Sequence record: MT682710.1
From: Escherichia phage vB_EcoM_FT
Strand: one strand, 5' to 3'
DNA: 64,000 bases
Notes under the pieces: generated by a model
The model's database searches: none
What the model saw: the letters and a program-made list of their open reading frames with translations, nothing else
Told to the model about the DNA's origin: nothing
Shown here: piece by piece, positions 9,124 through 19,262 of the stretch
How positions within the stretch are numbered: position 1 is the stretch's first letter
Layout of the letters: each line of letters begins with the position of its first letter
Program-made: the position numbers and the translations under genes

Positions 9124-9204
9124 TCACTGGCGTCCGAAGACGCCTTTAGTTTTAAGATTATTACGATAAAACTGCATCACGTGTTCGTTGTGGAAATTAC
9201 TCAT
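9124..9204 (-). CDS. stp: Stp peptide (activator of the host PrrC anticodon nuclease)
   Basis: 26 aa, [26 protein letters not shown]; located between ndd and ac; the 3' end of the coding sequence forms a GGCGTC-UUCG-GACGCC hairpin. Confidence 0.7.
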
Positions 9205-9662
9205 TAATATGCCTGCAAAACGAATTTAAAATTATCAGCCAACATACGGTTCATTTCTTCAAGTGTTTGATACTCAGAATGATGATTACGAGTAAACGCT
9301 AAAGCTAACTGTCCTTTTCCAAATCCCGTCGTCAGAGGTTTCATCTTAGAAGCAGGCAGATAAAATACTGTGTATACCATATTGTTATTTGCAATAGTAC
9401 GTGCAAGCTGAGACCGACGTTGACGAATATGACTTAGAACTGCACTGAATCCTTGCTTAGAACGCTGATTACCTACATAAAATCGTGCAGACACACATGG
9501 ATTACTAAATGGACGACCATCTAATTTACTTACTAAAAAGTAAAATCCAGGTTTAGATAAAATATCTTTATGCGGAGTTCCCAAAAACCACTCACCACCC
9601 TTGATTGTACCAATAACAGTTGCGCCTGCATTGTTCAGATCAGTAACAGTCATGTATTTCAT
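9204..9662 (-). CDS. ndd: nucleoid disruption protein Ndd
   Basis: 152 aa at the T4 ndd position (T4 Ndd about 151 aa), upstream of stp/ac/52. Confidence 0.75.
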
Positions 9663-9721
9663 TTTAATTTCCTCTAATTATTTTCTACTCCAAGGCCGCA
9701 TGAATACACGCGGCCATTAAA

Positions 9722-9937
9722 TTAATCGTCACAGTCGACGCTCAATTCCCAAAACTCTTCTACAGTATAAGTTTCAGTATCATTTTCAATACAGAAACGT
9801 TCATTACTGTTATTTACTAAAGTAGCGTTAACTGTCATTTTCTCGCTGGTGCTCTTAAGAGGCGAAATACGAATTAACTGATCACCGTTATCTAAACAAA
9901 AAATTTCACCAACTTTTACATCTTTAAAGATTTTCAT
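9722..9937 (-). CDS. hypothetical protein (71 aa)
   Basis: ORF followed by a GGCCGC...GCGGCC hairpin before ndd. Confidence 0.4.
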   Translation of the reverse strand: MKIFKDVKVGEIFCLDNGDQLIRISPLKSTSEKMTVNATLVNNSNERFCIENDTETYTVEEFWELSVDCDD

Positions 9938-10256
9938 AATTCACCTCAAGGAGTATAAAATCCGAATGCAGTTGTTGACCATCCCATCCAATATGGAAAA
10001 TTTGCACCAATGTAAAACATAAGAATATAAAACCAACCGCTCAACAAATTCATCATTTTACACCATTCCAAATTGTTTCAACTACGGATTTTAAGCCATT
10101 TTGATGAATATCCATTCCGACTACCGCCATCAAATAGATTCCAACTACAACTGAACCTAAGGCAAAAATCAGCATAAAAATGAATAAAGCCGGAAAATAT
10201 TATCGAAAAACCATTCAATAAATGTAAAAGCACTGCGTTTACGCTTCATATTTTCC

Positions 10257-10370
10257 TCACATAAATCCAAAGTAAACGTTTAATACATCAATCATTAAAA
10301 CGATTGGGAATATACTCAAAACTATTAGTATTATAACTACATTCCATATAGCTTTAACAATCTTTTTCAT
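10257..10370 (-). CDS. small membrane peptide (37 aa)
   Basis: Internal ATG with GGAGG about 8 nt upstream, directly downstream of an early promoter cassette; the longer 82-aa track ORF would include the promoter. Confidence 0.4.
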   Translation of the reverse strand: MKKIVKAIWNVVIILIVLSIFPIVLMIDVLNVYFGFM

Positions 10371-10382
10371 TTTCTGTTCCTC

Positions 10383-10428
10383 CGTAGTTGATAGGGTAAT
10401 AGTACCACGGAAGAACAGTCTTGTAAAC
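10383..10428 (-). promoter_or_regulatory. early promoter cassette
   Basis: Minus strand GTTTAC...(17-18)...TACTATT, followed by the ...CTATCAACTACGGAGGAAC leader shared with other copies. Confidence 0.5.
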
Positions 10429-10613
10429 AACTTTTTTAAAAATATTCGTAATAAATGTGAATACCAACTACTACCGCTGAAACCTGTGCAACCCACCACG
10501 CACAAGCAATAAGTACAGAATTCATAATTTTCATAATAACCTCATTACAAAAGTAAATGTTAAACAAATTACTGGAATACTAATTAACCAAACAAAACAC
10601 CACCATAGTGAAC

Positions 10614-10877
10614 TCATAGCTCAATCTCAGCGATTTTCATTTCATTACTATTAATAGCCGCTTTAAGACTATCTGAAAGAATTACATTCCAATGGTCATT
10701 CATATGACCACTAACTAAGCGTGTAATTTCTTCGGGAGTTGAAAAATAAGGCGTATCAGACTCCCAATGCGATAATCCTAAGCGAGTATAAATCATACCT
10801 TCATCATCGCTAGAATATTCAACTGACACAAACTCATCAGTTATTTTATGTTTAGCGTAATAAAATTTAAATTTCAT
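10614..10877 (-). CDS. hypothetical protein (87 aa)
   Basis: ORF with a GGAGG RBS, downstream of an early promoter cassette. Confidence 0.45.
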   Translation of the reverse strand: MKFKFYYAKHKITDEFVSVEYSSDDEGMIYTRLGLSHWESDTPYFSTPEEITRLVSGHMNDHWNVILSDSLKAAINSNEMKIAEIEL

Positions 10878-10904
10878 TTTCCGCTCCTCCGTAGTTGATA
10901 GTTG

Positions 10905-10937
10905 TATAGTACCACAGTATGCTTTGGTTGTAAACAG
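10905..10937 (-). promoter_or_regulatory. early promoter cassette
   Basis: Minus strand TGTTTACAACCAAAGCATACTGTGGTACTATACAACTATCAACTACGGAGG, nearly identical to the copy at 7255-7292. Confidence 0.55.
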
Positions 10938-10951
10938 TTTTGTGAAAATTT

Positions 10952-11509
10952 TTAAATGGAAAGATACCAGCCGTTGTAATTGCTTTTTCTTACAACCTTA
11001 CGAAGGTCTTCTCTATCACCGATGAACTTCGGAGTGTACTGGATGACACCTGGATGAATTTCTTTAGTGTTGAATATAATTATACAGTCAGCGACTTGAT
11101 GATTTAGAATGGGCCCTAGATTTATTCCAGAACCATATGGATACTCTCCGCTGCATCCCGTTGTTACCGAAATCCAACGCGAGTCAGTTTGATGTGTCTT
11201 AACTTCTACACGGAGCCCACAGTATTTTGGATGTGCCAAAACATCCCATGCATATGTGTACGGATCATCGACATCTTCTTGACCTTTGTTAACATATCCA
11301 CTCAACCAATCTGCTACCACATACTCGGCATACACAGCAATACGGCATCTTTCGATAACTTCTGCCTTATCCTGATTTGGGTTTTGTTTTAAAGAGTATC
11401 TTGCAGTATCAGCAATTTTGGCCTTCATTTCACTAGTCAAGTCACTGTTAGATAGTGTAAATGACGGAATCTGAAATAGTCTCTGCAAACCCGGATTCGT
11501 TTTCTGCAT
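10952..11509 (-). CDS. denB: endonuclease IV (cytosine-DNA specific) DenB
   Basis: 185 aa, the T4 DenB length, at the conserved position between ndd and rIIB. Confidence 0.75.
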   Translation of the reverse strand: MQKTNPGLQRLFQIPSFTLSNSDLTSEMKAKIADTARYSLKQNPNQDKAEVIERCRIAVYAEYVVADWLSGYVNKGQEDVDDPYTYAWDVLAHPKYCGLRVEVKTHQTDSRWISVTTGCSGEYPYGSGINLGPILNHQVADCIIIFNTKEIHPGVIQYTPKFIGDREDLRKVVRKSNYNGWYLSI

Positions 11510-11546
11510 TTAAACTTTCCTTTATGTCGGAATCATAATTTCTCTT

Positions 11547-11567
11547 AAAACAAAAGGGCCGAAGCCC
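11547..11567 (-). terminator. CUUCGG tetraloop hairpin with flanking U-run
   Basis: GGGCUUCGGCCC followed on the minus strand by UUUUGUUUU; lies downstream of the 64-aa ORF and upstream of denB. Confidence 0.6.
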
Positions 11568-11572
11568 TTATT

Positions 11573-11767
11573 TTATTTGAATTGTGCAATTCTTTTCTCT
11601 AGACATTCAGCATAAGATTTCATTGAGATGAATTGTGAAAGCAGCAGTTCTTGCTCAACTGCACTAACCGTTAGAAACTTTGTGCTTTCTAAAAATTTGC
11701 TCAGTGCATTAATTTTGAGCATTAATTGATCGTATTCTTCTTTTACTCGTGCTTGATAACCTAACAT
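11573..11767 (-). CDS. hypothetical protein (64 aa)
   Basis: ORF between rIIB and denB. Confidence 0.45.
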   Translation of the reverse strand: MLGYQARVKEEYDQLMLKINALSKFLESTKFLTVSAVEQELLLSQFISMKSYAECLEKRIAQFK

Positions 11768-11783
11768 AATTTTCCTTAGTTAA

Positions 11784-11795
11784 GGGCCGAAGCCC
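11784..11795 (-). other. CUUCGG tetraloop hairpin (GGGCCGAAGCCC element)
   Basis: Identical 12-mer recurs at 11556, 43774, 48484 and 52122; sits directly after the rIIB stop. Confidence 0.5.
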
Positions 11796-12734
11796 TTATT
11801 TAAATTGCTCAGTAACGTCTTCAACTACTTCGTATTGGCAGGTACGCATTTTAGCATCGTTGTAATCAATCGGAATTGATACTACATCACGCGGATGTAC
11901 TTTAACTTTTACAACTCGGCTAGTTGAACTACCAAAGTGACGAATATAAGATTTAGAACACACATGCAGACCACGAGAACAAGTTTGTGTATCATCGTCA
12001 TTCACACGAGTACGTGGCATTTTAACTACTTTACCAGGACTGTTATCAAAGGTGTTTGAGTGACAGTCAAAGTAATTGCTGCGAACTACTTTCCAAGCAT
12101 AGAAGTAACCATCTTCTGTAATTTCAATATCGTTTGCTACCAAGAAATCAAAGAGTCGAGATACCGCTTTCTGGCTTGGGTTTTCCAGCAGATTTTCCAA
12201 GAACGGAAAATAAAATTCAAAGTTTTCGCCTTTTTCCATCGAGTCAAGAATACGATCAACCAAACCAGACCGCAATTCAATATTTTGATAGAATAAGCTT
12301 CCACCTTCAATTCGAACATCGCCGGAAATATATTTTTCAACAGCGCGACGAACATTAATTTTTTGTGCCGCTTCTTCTAACTTATCTGCTACGAGCAGAT
12401 TAAGAATTTCCTGGAAGTTTGAATGTGTATTAGGAGTTGCGTTATAAGTTACACCGTCAACAGTAATTGAAATGAATTTTTTAGAAGCATTCCAAATAAT
12501 GTCAGATTTAGCAACTGGAGCAATAATTGCATCGCTATTAACTTTAACTGTAATATCACCGCTAATAGTAACTTTAGAGCGTTTAGCTTCTTCAGCATTT
12601 TTCAAAACACGACGGATTGTGTCAACCGATACACCTTGCCAATCAGCCAATTCCTGTTGGGTGTAATTACCACTTGAATACAATTTAACAATTTCAGCTT
12701 GTTCGTTTTTGGTCAGGCATTTAATATTGTACAT
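11796..12734 (-). CDS. rIIB: rIIB membrane-associated protein
   Basis: 312 aa, the T4 rIIB length; N-terminus MYNIKCLTKNEQAEIVKLYSSGNYTQQELADWQGVS matches as recalled; directly downstream of rIIA. Confidence 0.9.
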   Translation of the reverse strand: MYNIKCLTKNEQAEIVKLYSSGNYTQQELADWQGVSVDTIRRVLKNAEEAKRSKVTISGDITVKVNSDAIIAPVAKSDIIWNASKKFISITVDGVTYNATPNTHSNFQEILNLLVADKLEEAAQKINVRRAVEKYISGDVRIEGGSLFYQNIELRSGLVDRILDSMEKGENFEFYFPFLENLLENPSQKAVSRLFDFLVANDIEITEDGYFYAWKVVRSNYFDCHSNTFDNSPGKVVKMPRTRVNDDDTQTCSRGLHVCSKSYIRHFGSSTSRVVKVKVHPRDVVSIPIDYNDAKMRTCQYEVVEDVTEQFK

Positions 12735-12745
12735 AATTTTCCTTA

Positions 12746-14923
12746 TTAGGCCGCAAGGGCCTTCATAGTTTTAGCGATTTGGGAAACTTCATCATCACTT
12801 AAAGAGTTGCGATAACCGATGAAGTCGGAAACAATACGGAATTTCTTGGTAAACTCAGCAACCATTTTATCACTGTTTTTTGAAGCATTATTTGATAATA
12901 CATCAAAAAGATTAGTTACTGTCCAGATGTCATGACCGATGGTATCTTTTCCACCATTAAAATATACACCGCGCAATGAACTAACTATATTAGCGAGTCG
13001 TGTATATTCTTCAGAAACTTCATCTGTACTGAAGTACTTCATCATAAAATCTAGTTCAGGATACTTGATAATTTTATCAATATATCGTTGAGCTGAACTT
13101 GAATAACCTACATACTTATCATAATCTACATCATCAAAAGCATCTACATATAAATCACGCAAAGCTTCAAAAATACATTGGCACTGACCGAGCTCTTTTA
13201 CCTTTTTCTGCAAAAGCGGACGAATAACATAAAATTCATTAATGCCAATAAGATTAGCCATACGAATCAAAATATTCATAGATGGATGACAAAGTGATGT
13301 AGTACCATCCATAGAGAAAATATCAGAACGATGCATATACGCTACATAACCAGTAATTTCATCTGCTTCTGACGTAAGTGTAAATAGTTCCTCTTTTTCC
13401 CATCGCCCATCTTTAATTTCAAATTTAAATGCTGTAGCAGCTTTAGGACGAGGAGCTTTACTTTTAACTACCTTTGGAATATAGCTTTTAACCAAAGCTT
13501 CAATTTCTGACAAATAATGAATGTTAACTTCATCACTTTCAAACATTGCCATAATATCAGGTAGTAAATCAATCTGCGATTCTACTTCCGGATTAATAAA
13601 CAGAAGACGCTCATTGTGATGAATATTTAAAGTGTTATTAAATTCACTATCATCTAACGCATGTGCTAATCCACGGACAATATTAACACGATTTTTAATA
13701 TTATCAATAACGATATTAATTTTTGCTGTATTAATACCAAACAGACGATAACTTGATGCAACAGCTGAAGTTTCATGACTTTGCTTAATGCGTTTCAGTC
13801 GAGGGTCAAGATTTACTTCATACACAACCCCTGCATTGCATAACTTACTGTCAGGTTCAAACATGCTCTGCATCTTCTTATATGACAGATTTTTAGTCGT
13901 GAATTTGACTGAATTACTAATCATATAATCTCGAGCAGAATACCCCATCTTCATCAATTCACGATATGTGTGACGAGGAGACGTAGATTCTTTAAATCGT
14001 TTTACATCTTCATTAAATGCCTTTTCACTGAGTTCTTTAACACGCTCAATAATATTTTTACGAGTACGATCGTCTAATGAAAGAGCTTCGCGTGATGGAG
14101 CAATATCAAGCGAACCCATTGGAAATTTAATGTAATTCACTTCATTGCGAATGCTTAACCAGTTACGGTCTCTAATAACACCATCGATAGGATAAACGAT
14201 ACCGCCGTAGATAGCATATAATCCACCACGATCAGGCCAGTATCTTTCTGGATTTACACCGTAATAGTCATCAAAATCCGGAAAATAATCAATTTCGCGG
14301 TCAAGACCATTAATGATAGCCAAATCTTTGAATGGTCGCATGATATAAGAAACTTCATAAGCAAAGTTTCTAAAGTCTTTTTCTTCAACTGGAACTACGA
14401 TTTCAATACCAGTTTTATCATCTGGACCCATTTCTTTTACGAATGTAGGTTTAATTTGTGGACCATCGCCATCCATGTAAGCTACATAACCACGAATTTC
14501 ACCTTTATGGTATGAAGTAATACTAAACGTATCAGTATAACTAAACGGAGATTTAGAACCTAAACCAAATCCACCAATGAAATCATTAGATTCAGCCTTA
14601 GATGAACTGAAGTATGAATTATACAGCCCAGGAGAATTATCATCACCCTGAATATCAAAATCGCTCATACCCGGACCAAAATCTCGGCAAACAAATCGCG
14701 GATCTAATCGTCCTGGAACTTGAATGATAAATTTTTCAGGATTTCCATTGAGAGCATGGGCATCAATCATGTTGGTAATCAATTCACGGACTACTGCACG
14801 AATCTTGTTTGTATACAAATCAGATGACAGAATTTTAAATACTTTAGGAGATGCTGTGATGCTAAATGCTTTTGATTTAGAACCATTACCAAGAATTGTT
14901 TCTTTTTCAGTGGTGATAATCAT
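12746..14923 (-). CDS. rIIA: rIIA protein (GHKL ATPase-like N-terminus)
   Basis: 725 aa, the T4 rIIA length; N-terminal ATPase-like motif ([17 protein letters not shown]). Confidence 0.9.
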   Translation of the reverse strand: MIITTEKETILGNGSKSKAFSITASPKVFKILSSDLYTNKIRAVVRELITNMIDAHALNGNPEKFIIQVPGRLDPRFVCRDFGPGMSDFDIQGDDNSPGLYNSYFSSSKAESNDFIGGFGLGSKSPFSYTDTFSITSYHKGEIRGYVAYMDGDGPQIKPTFVKEMGPDDKTGIEIVVPVEEKDFRNFAYEVSYIMRPFKDLAIINGLDREIDYFPDFDDYYGVNPERYWPDRGGLYAIYGGIVYPIDGVIRDRNWLSIRNEVNYIKFPMGSLDIAPSREALSLDDRTRKNIIERVKELSEKAFNEDVKRFKESTSPRHTYRELMKMGYSARDYMISNSVKFTTKNLSYKKMQSMFEPDSKLCNAGVVYEVNLDPRLKRIKQSHETSAVASSYRLFGINTAKINIVIDNIKNRVNIVRGLAHALDDSEFNNTLNIHHNERLLFINPEVESQIDLLPDIMAMFESDEVNIHYLSEIEALVKSYIPKVVKSKAPRPKAATAFKFEIKDGRWEKEELFTLTSEADEITGYVAYMHRSDIFSMDGTTSLCHPSMNILIRMANLIGINEFYVIRPLLQKKVKELGQCQCIFEALRDLYVDAFDDVDYDKYVGYSSSAQRYIDKIIKYPELDFMMKYFSTDEVSEEYTRLANIVSSLRGVYFNGGKDTIGHDIWTVTNLFDVLSNNASKNSDKMVAEFTKKFRIVSDFIGYRNSLSDDEVSQIAKTMKALAA

Positions 14924-14933
14924 AATTTCCTCA

Positions 14934-15137
14934 TTAATTTATATTACGCTTAATAACTTCAGCAACTTCTAGTAGTTCATCTTTAGTTGCGGTGTCGGAT
15001 TGAATTTTATCTCTAATATCCTTAAAGCGGTTTTTAAATTCTTCGGCTTCTCCCATATCGAAAAAGCGTTGAATGATTCTATATTCTCGATGAACTGCTT
15101 TATCAAAAAGTTCTAAATTTACTTTATATGATTTCAT
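14934..15137 (-). CDS. hypothetical protein (67 aa)
   Basis: ORF between gene 39 and rIIA with its own early promoter. Confidence 0.5.
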   Translation of the reverse strand: MKSYKVNLELFDKAVHREYRIIQRFFDMGEAEEFKNRFKDIRDKIQSDTATKDELLEVAEVIKRNIN

Positions 15138-15161
15138 TCCAATATCCTCATTTGCCCAATT

Positions 15162-15193
15162 AATTATACCACATCCTTGTGGTAAAGTAAACT
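15162..15193 (-). promoter_or_regulatory. early promoter (GTTTAC -35 / TATAAT -10)
   Basis: Shares a 30-nt core (TTATACCACATCCTTGTGG.AAAGTAAAC) with the copy at 60435-60469. Confidence 0.55.
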
Positions 15194-17009
15194 ACTGGCT
15201 CATCCATTCTTTACGAAGGTCAGCATTATCTCCCATGAGCATTTCAAAAAGCTCTTTCCAGTTCTCAGGAAGTTTAACAACATCATATACTGGGTTTTGA
15301 ATCATCTCACGATATTCAGATTTTTCCAAAGAGCCAAGTCCCTTAATATAACGGATGCTATGTTTAGGTAGAGCATCTTTAGCACTCTCATATTCAGCGA
15401 CTGTATAAAACCATTCTTGTTTTTTACCGACCTGAGCGATGATTACAGGAGTTTTGACAAAACGAATTCGTCCTTGCTCAAACAATTCTGGCCAATTACT
15501 AAAAAATCCGAGCAGAGAAGGATAAATGCTTCCTAGACCATCATGGTCAGCATCAGTCATAATAGCAATATTATGATAATTCAAGTTTTCAGCTTTTTCA
15601 CCAAGAACTAATCCAGTGATTGCGCAAATATCAAATAGTTCTTTGTTTTTAAGCATATCAGCATATGACATACCCCAACTGTTGAGAACTTTACCACGTA
15701 ATGGATAACCACCATGAAGTTCTTTATCACGAACATCAATAAGATATCCGATAGCCGAATCACCCTCAGTCAAGAAAAGAGTAGTGTCAGCATCTTTACC
15801 ACAAAGATTCGCTTTGATATGTTTATGAACCTTAGCTTTAGAAGCCTTTTTAGCTGCTTTAGTTTCTGCTGCTTTTTCTGCCGCCAATTTACGAGCTAAT
15901 GCTGCTTCAATAATCGGCATTAAAATTGCTTCATTATTCAAAATAGCACGTGAAATCTTTTTAGCATCAAGTTGAATATGACTACGGATTTCACCAAATG
16001 GAGAAGTCAAACGCTCTTTAGTTTGAGAATCAAATCGCATGTTTTTCATATCACGAACAAACATAACGATAGTCAAACATTCTTTAACGCGTGCTTTAGT
16101 TACATCAATTTTGAACTTGCGTTTGATTTGTGGAATAAGGTCTTCACAAATATCATCCATAACACAGTCAATGTGATGGCCACCATTCTTAGTGTGAATG
16201 TTATTCACATAAGTTAATTGACGAAAACCGTCGGGTGAACGACCAACCGCAATAGAACAATTTTCTTGTTCTTGAACGATAGCATGTTCATCATACTGTC
16301 GTGCATATTTCTTAAAATTGCCCTGAACCTTTTTACCATTAAAGGTAAATTGAATATCAGGATAAACTACTGCAAGTGTCTGGAGACGATCTAGTGTAAT
16401 GTCAAGATAAACTTGGGACAGTTCATTAGTTTCAAATGACATAAAATCAGGAATGAAAGTAACACGTGTTCCTTTCCATTTTCCAGGAATAGTTTCCCAT
16501 GATTTATTTTCCATGCCATTTGAACAACGAACTACAATATTATTTTGACCGTCGCCAGTTTCACCGACAAACATCACAGAAAAAATGTTTGTCAAACTAG
16601 AACCAACACCGTTCATACCGCCAGTGACGCGTTCTTTATCATCACCGAAGTTACCACCTGCTTTTGGAATAGTCCATGCAGCAACAGGACCAGGAATTTC
16701 TTCACCTGTAGGTGTTTTAACCATCGCCTGTGGAATACCACGACCGTTATCTTCAACTGTTACTTGATTGTTTTTAATAGTAACATTAATTTTATTTGCG
16801 AATTTAAACTTAGTACGAATACCTTCATCTACTGAGTTATCGATAATTTCATCAATAAGCTTAACAAGACCAGGTACATACTGAACACTTTCCCATTTAC
16901 CAAACAGAAAGCGCTCATGCATTTCATTAGCAGAAGAGCCAATATACATGCCGCTACGCTTTTTGATATGTTCAATATCGCTCAGAATTTTAATTTCATT
17001 CTTAATCAT
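15192..17009 (-). CDS. 39: DNA topoisomerase II large subunit (GyrB-like ATPase plus TOPRIM), single uninterrupted ORF
   Basis: About 605 aa from the ATG at 17009 with a GAGGA RBS. GHKL motifs (EIIDNSVDE, DNGRGIP, GGMNGVGSS) and TOPRIM motifs (LTEGDSA, DADHDG) are in one frame, with no split or bypass. Confidence 0.9.
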   Translation of the reverse strand: MIKNEIKILSDIEHIKKRSGMYIGSSANEMHERFLFGKWESVQYVPGLVKLIDEIIDNSVDEGIRTKFKFANKINVTIKNNQVTVEDNGRGIPQAMVKTPTGEEIPGPVAAWTIPKAGGNFGDDKERVTGGMNGVGSSLTNIFSVMFVGETGDGQNNIVVRCSNGMENKSWETIPGKWKGTRVTFIPDFMSFETNELSQVYLDITLDRLQTLAVVYPDIQFTFNGKKVQGNFKKYARQYDEHAIVQEQENCSIAVGRSPDGFRQLTYVNNIHTKNGGHHIDCVMDDICEDLIPQIKRKFKIDVTKARVKECLTIVMFVRDMKNMRFDSQTKERLTSPFGEIRSHIQLDAKKISRAILNNEAILMPIIEAALARKLAAEKAAETKAAKKASKAKVHKHIKANLCGKDADTTLFLTEGDSAIGYLIDVRDKELHGGYPLRGKVLNSWGMSYADMLKNKELFDICAITGLVLGEKAENLNYHNIAIMTDADHDGLGSIYPSLLGFFSNWPELFEQGRIRFVKTPVIIAQVGKKQEWFYTVAEYESAKDALPKHSIRYIKGLGSLEKSEYREMIQNPVYDVVKLPENWKELFEMLMGDNADLRKEWMSQ

Positions 17010-17029
17010 CACTTATCCTCGTTTGGTTT

Positions 17030-17062
17030 CGGGAATATTATACTCCAATAATCATAAAGCTA
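17030..17062 (-). promoter_or_regulatory. candidate MotA-dependent middle promoter for gene 39
   Basis: Minus strand tAGCTTTAt box, 12 nt, then TATAAT; overlaps a GGCC-UUCG-GGCC hairpin. Confidence 0.5.
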
Positions 17063-17078
17063 AAGGCCCGAAGGCCTT

Positions 17079-17348
17079 TTATTTAAAACGAATAGTCGAA
17101 TCCTTGAAGAATAGACCAGAACATACTGTTCCTTCTACTTTCTGCCCAGTAGGTCCAATAGCACGAAATCCAGTATGCTGGAAATCATTTTCAGAGCAAC
17201 CAAACCAATTGTATCCAGTGATTTCAATATTAGTAAAACCACTTGAAGACAAAACTTTGGTTGCATTATCAGCATCAGTACATCCTACTAAAGATACTGC
17301 TAATACTAATGCTGCAATAGAACGATTAATATATTTCATAATTTTCAC
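17079..17348 (-). CDS. putative lipoprotein (89 aa)
   Basis: N-terminal signal peptide with a lipobox (LVGCTD). Confidence 0.5.
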   Translation of the reverse strand: MKIMKYINRSIAALVLAVSLVGCTDADNATKVLSSSGFTNIEITGYNWFGCSENDFQHTGFRAIGPTGQKVEGTVCSGLFFKDSTIRFK

Positions 17349-17716
17349 TTAAATTTAATGGCTTGAAGAAGACTAATAATTCTCAAACGGCTTCTTTCAT
17401 CTTTAACTGTAAAAGAAAGAGGGTCGCCAGATTTCATAGTAATAGTGCATTCAAAATCAAAATCTTCTGTGACTTCTTCGAAGAAGTCAAATTCTTCATC
17501 ATAAATTAGAACATTACTCTGAAAACTGTGAAGAATTTTTCCATCATTTCCAGATGCTGTACCAATCATTGTAACATTATTACCTTTCATATCTTCAACG
17601 ATAAATTCGTTTGTCAATATTACAGCATTAATAGAACCATTCCTATAAATAGCAGAAAATAGATATTTCTTTTCTTCACCTTCGCGAATACGATACTTCT
17701 TACCGATTTTAAACAT
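17345..17716 (-). CDS. hypothetical protein (123 aa)
   Basis: ORF with ATGA coupling to the downstream gene. Confidence 0.5.
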   Translation of the reverse strand: MFKIGKKYRIREGEEKKYLFSAIYRNGSINAVILTNEFIVEDMKGNNVTMIGTASGNDGKILHSFQSNVLIYDEEFDFFEEVTEDFDFECTITMKSGDPLSFTVKDERSRLRIISLLQAIKFK

Positions 17717-17718
17717 AA

Positions 17719-17895
17719 TTATCCCTTAAGTAAGTCGTAAAATCCACCATTCACATGCTTAGGGGCAGAGACTAACCGAATAGCAATCCGATGACAATCA
17801 GGACATACATCAGTATCTCTTTCAGAAATTTTCTTGATTTTTTCGTATTCTTTTGCGCAGTCTTTGGATTGACATTTATAATCATAAAGCGGCAT
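17719..17895 (-). CDS. small zinc-ribbon protein (58 aa, CxxC...CxxC)
   Basis: Hand-translated MPLYDYKCQSKDCAKEYEKIKKISERDTDVCPDCHRIAIRLVSAPKHVNGGFYDLLKG; fills the gap between two track ORFs; under 60 aa so absent from the track. Confidence 0.5.
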   Translation of the reverse strand: MPLYDYKCQSKDCAKEYEKIKKISERDTDVCPDCHRIAIRLVSAPKHVNGGFYDLLKG

Positions 17896-17897
17896 AA

Positions 17898-18329
17898 TTA
17901 TTCCTTAAAGTGAGCTTTCAACATCTGATACAAGGACCATGCCTGTTCATTATTTTCAATAGTAACTTTCATGATCGGGAATTCAGATGGTTCAGTTACT
18001 GGTGCAGGGTCTTCCTGCTCTTCAGCAGCCTGATATGGATTTTCCACTTCATTAAAGAACCCAGCTTCGTTAGTAGAGAGCCAGATAAAGTTTTCGTCAA
18101 GGATATCACCACCGGCACAACGTTTGAGTACACCTATGGATGTCATAATTTTAGTAGGACGCCCAAGATAATCAGCATCTAAAATTTTAAAAGGTTCCAT
18201 ACCTAAACGCCGCGCATAGATTCCGTTATCAGTATGGTCTTTAATAAAATTTTCTTGAGCTTGTTTATTTTTAAATTGATACCATTTATTAACTTCAAAT
18301 TTAATAGCCATTAATAAATTTCCTTCCAA
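17898..18329 (-). CDS. hypothetical protein (143 aa)
   Basis: ORF with an acidic C-terminal region; in T4 this position holds goF or cef-type genes, but I cannot confirm identity. Confidence 0.5.
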   Translation of the reverse strand: MEGNLLMAIKFEVNKWYQFKNKQAQENFIKDHTDNGIYARRLGMEPFKILDADYLGRPTKIMTSIGVLKRCAGGDILDENFIWLSTNEAGFFNEVENPYQAAEEQEDPAPVTEPSEFPIMKVTIENNEQAWSLYQMLKAHFKE

Positions 18330-18526
18330 TAAGTTGTGCCATTTTCAGTAATTTCACGAAATACACCATAAATTGGTTGTTTATCACCGACTTTCTCATA
18401 CACATAAACAGAAGTCAAGTGAGTAAACTTGCTAGTATGTTCCTTTTGAACTACTACCAAATTTGGATCAAATAATACATCTTCAAATTCATCATTAGTG
18501 CAGTTCTGAACAATTTTACGTTTCAT
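18311..18526 (-). CDS. hypothetical protein (71 aa)
   Basis: ORF downstream of motB. Confidence 0.45.
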   Translation of the reverse strand: MKRKIVQNCTNDEFEDVLFDPNLVVVQKEHTSKFTHLTSVYVYEKVGDKQPIYGVFREITENGTTYWKEIY

Positions 18527-18697
18527 TACAATTTCCTCATTAATTAAACATTGGAGCGATGCGTTTCAGAAGAGTATCAGCACCTTTAGCGAATTTCCAT
18601 TTTATTCTCCAAGTTGTTTTCTGTATCAGTAGTTGATATTGATATAGTACCATAATCAACTACTGATGTATATAGTTTTATGAAAAAATTTTAAACT

Positions 18698-19186
18698 TTA
18701 TGCATAGAGAGCATTGCTATAGTGTTTAATCCAACTTTCAGGAATGACTTTGTATGTTCCTAAAAATACCACATTGTACAGCTTAACACCATCTTCTACC
18801 CATTGATCGGTAATGTATCCACACATAGCACGAGTATAAACAACCCTTCCATCGTCTTTGATAAAGTTAAATTCACAAGGAGCAACGAACTTGATAGCTT
18901 GACCGAGTTTCCACTTAAAGTCTACACCTACATGCGAAGTATCAATCGTTTCAATTCCTTTAGCGGGAACAGCTTTCAAAAACGCAGATTCAAGAAATTT
19001 CGCGCGAACATAACCAAACTGAGGTTTAGACTTTCCATCTTTAGGAATGATACGCACTTTTACTTCAGAATCTTCATCTTTAACGCCGTGTTTAAGCTGA
19101 ATGCTTACAATTTCGACCAATTTTCCTGCTGCTTTAGAACGGGATTTATCAGACACACGAGCAATTTCACCAATATTAATAATCAT
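18698..19186 (-). CDS. motB: MotB-like protein
   Basis: 162 aa, the T4 MotB length; early promoter upstream. Confidence 0.7.
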   Translation of the reverse strand: MIINIGEIARVSDKSRSKAAGKLVEIVSIQLKHGVKDEDSEVKVRIIPKDGKSKPQFGYVRAKFLESAFLKAVPAKGIETIDTSHVGVDFKWKLGQAIKFVAPCEFNFIKDDGRVVYTRAMCGYITDQWVEDGVKLYNVVFLGTYKVIPESWIKHYSNALYA

Positions 19187-19228
19187 AGTTATCTCTCACT
19201 TGTTAAAAAGATTTTATACTCCACAGGA

Positions 19229-19260
19229 CCATTATACTCTGGTCCCAAGAGTTTGTAAAC
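19229..19260 (-). promoter_or_regulatory. early promoter upstream of motB
   Basis: Minus strand GTTTACAA, 17 nt, TATAAT; the -10 is embedded in an inverted repeat GGACCA...TGGTCC. Confidence 0.55.
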
Positions 19261-19262
19261 TA

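Noticed and set aside
15192-17012. Gene 39 start three nucleotides upstream at 17012
   Set aside because: That start is GTG; the adjacent ATG at 17009 has better spacing to the GAGGA RBS.
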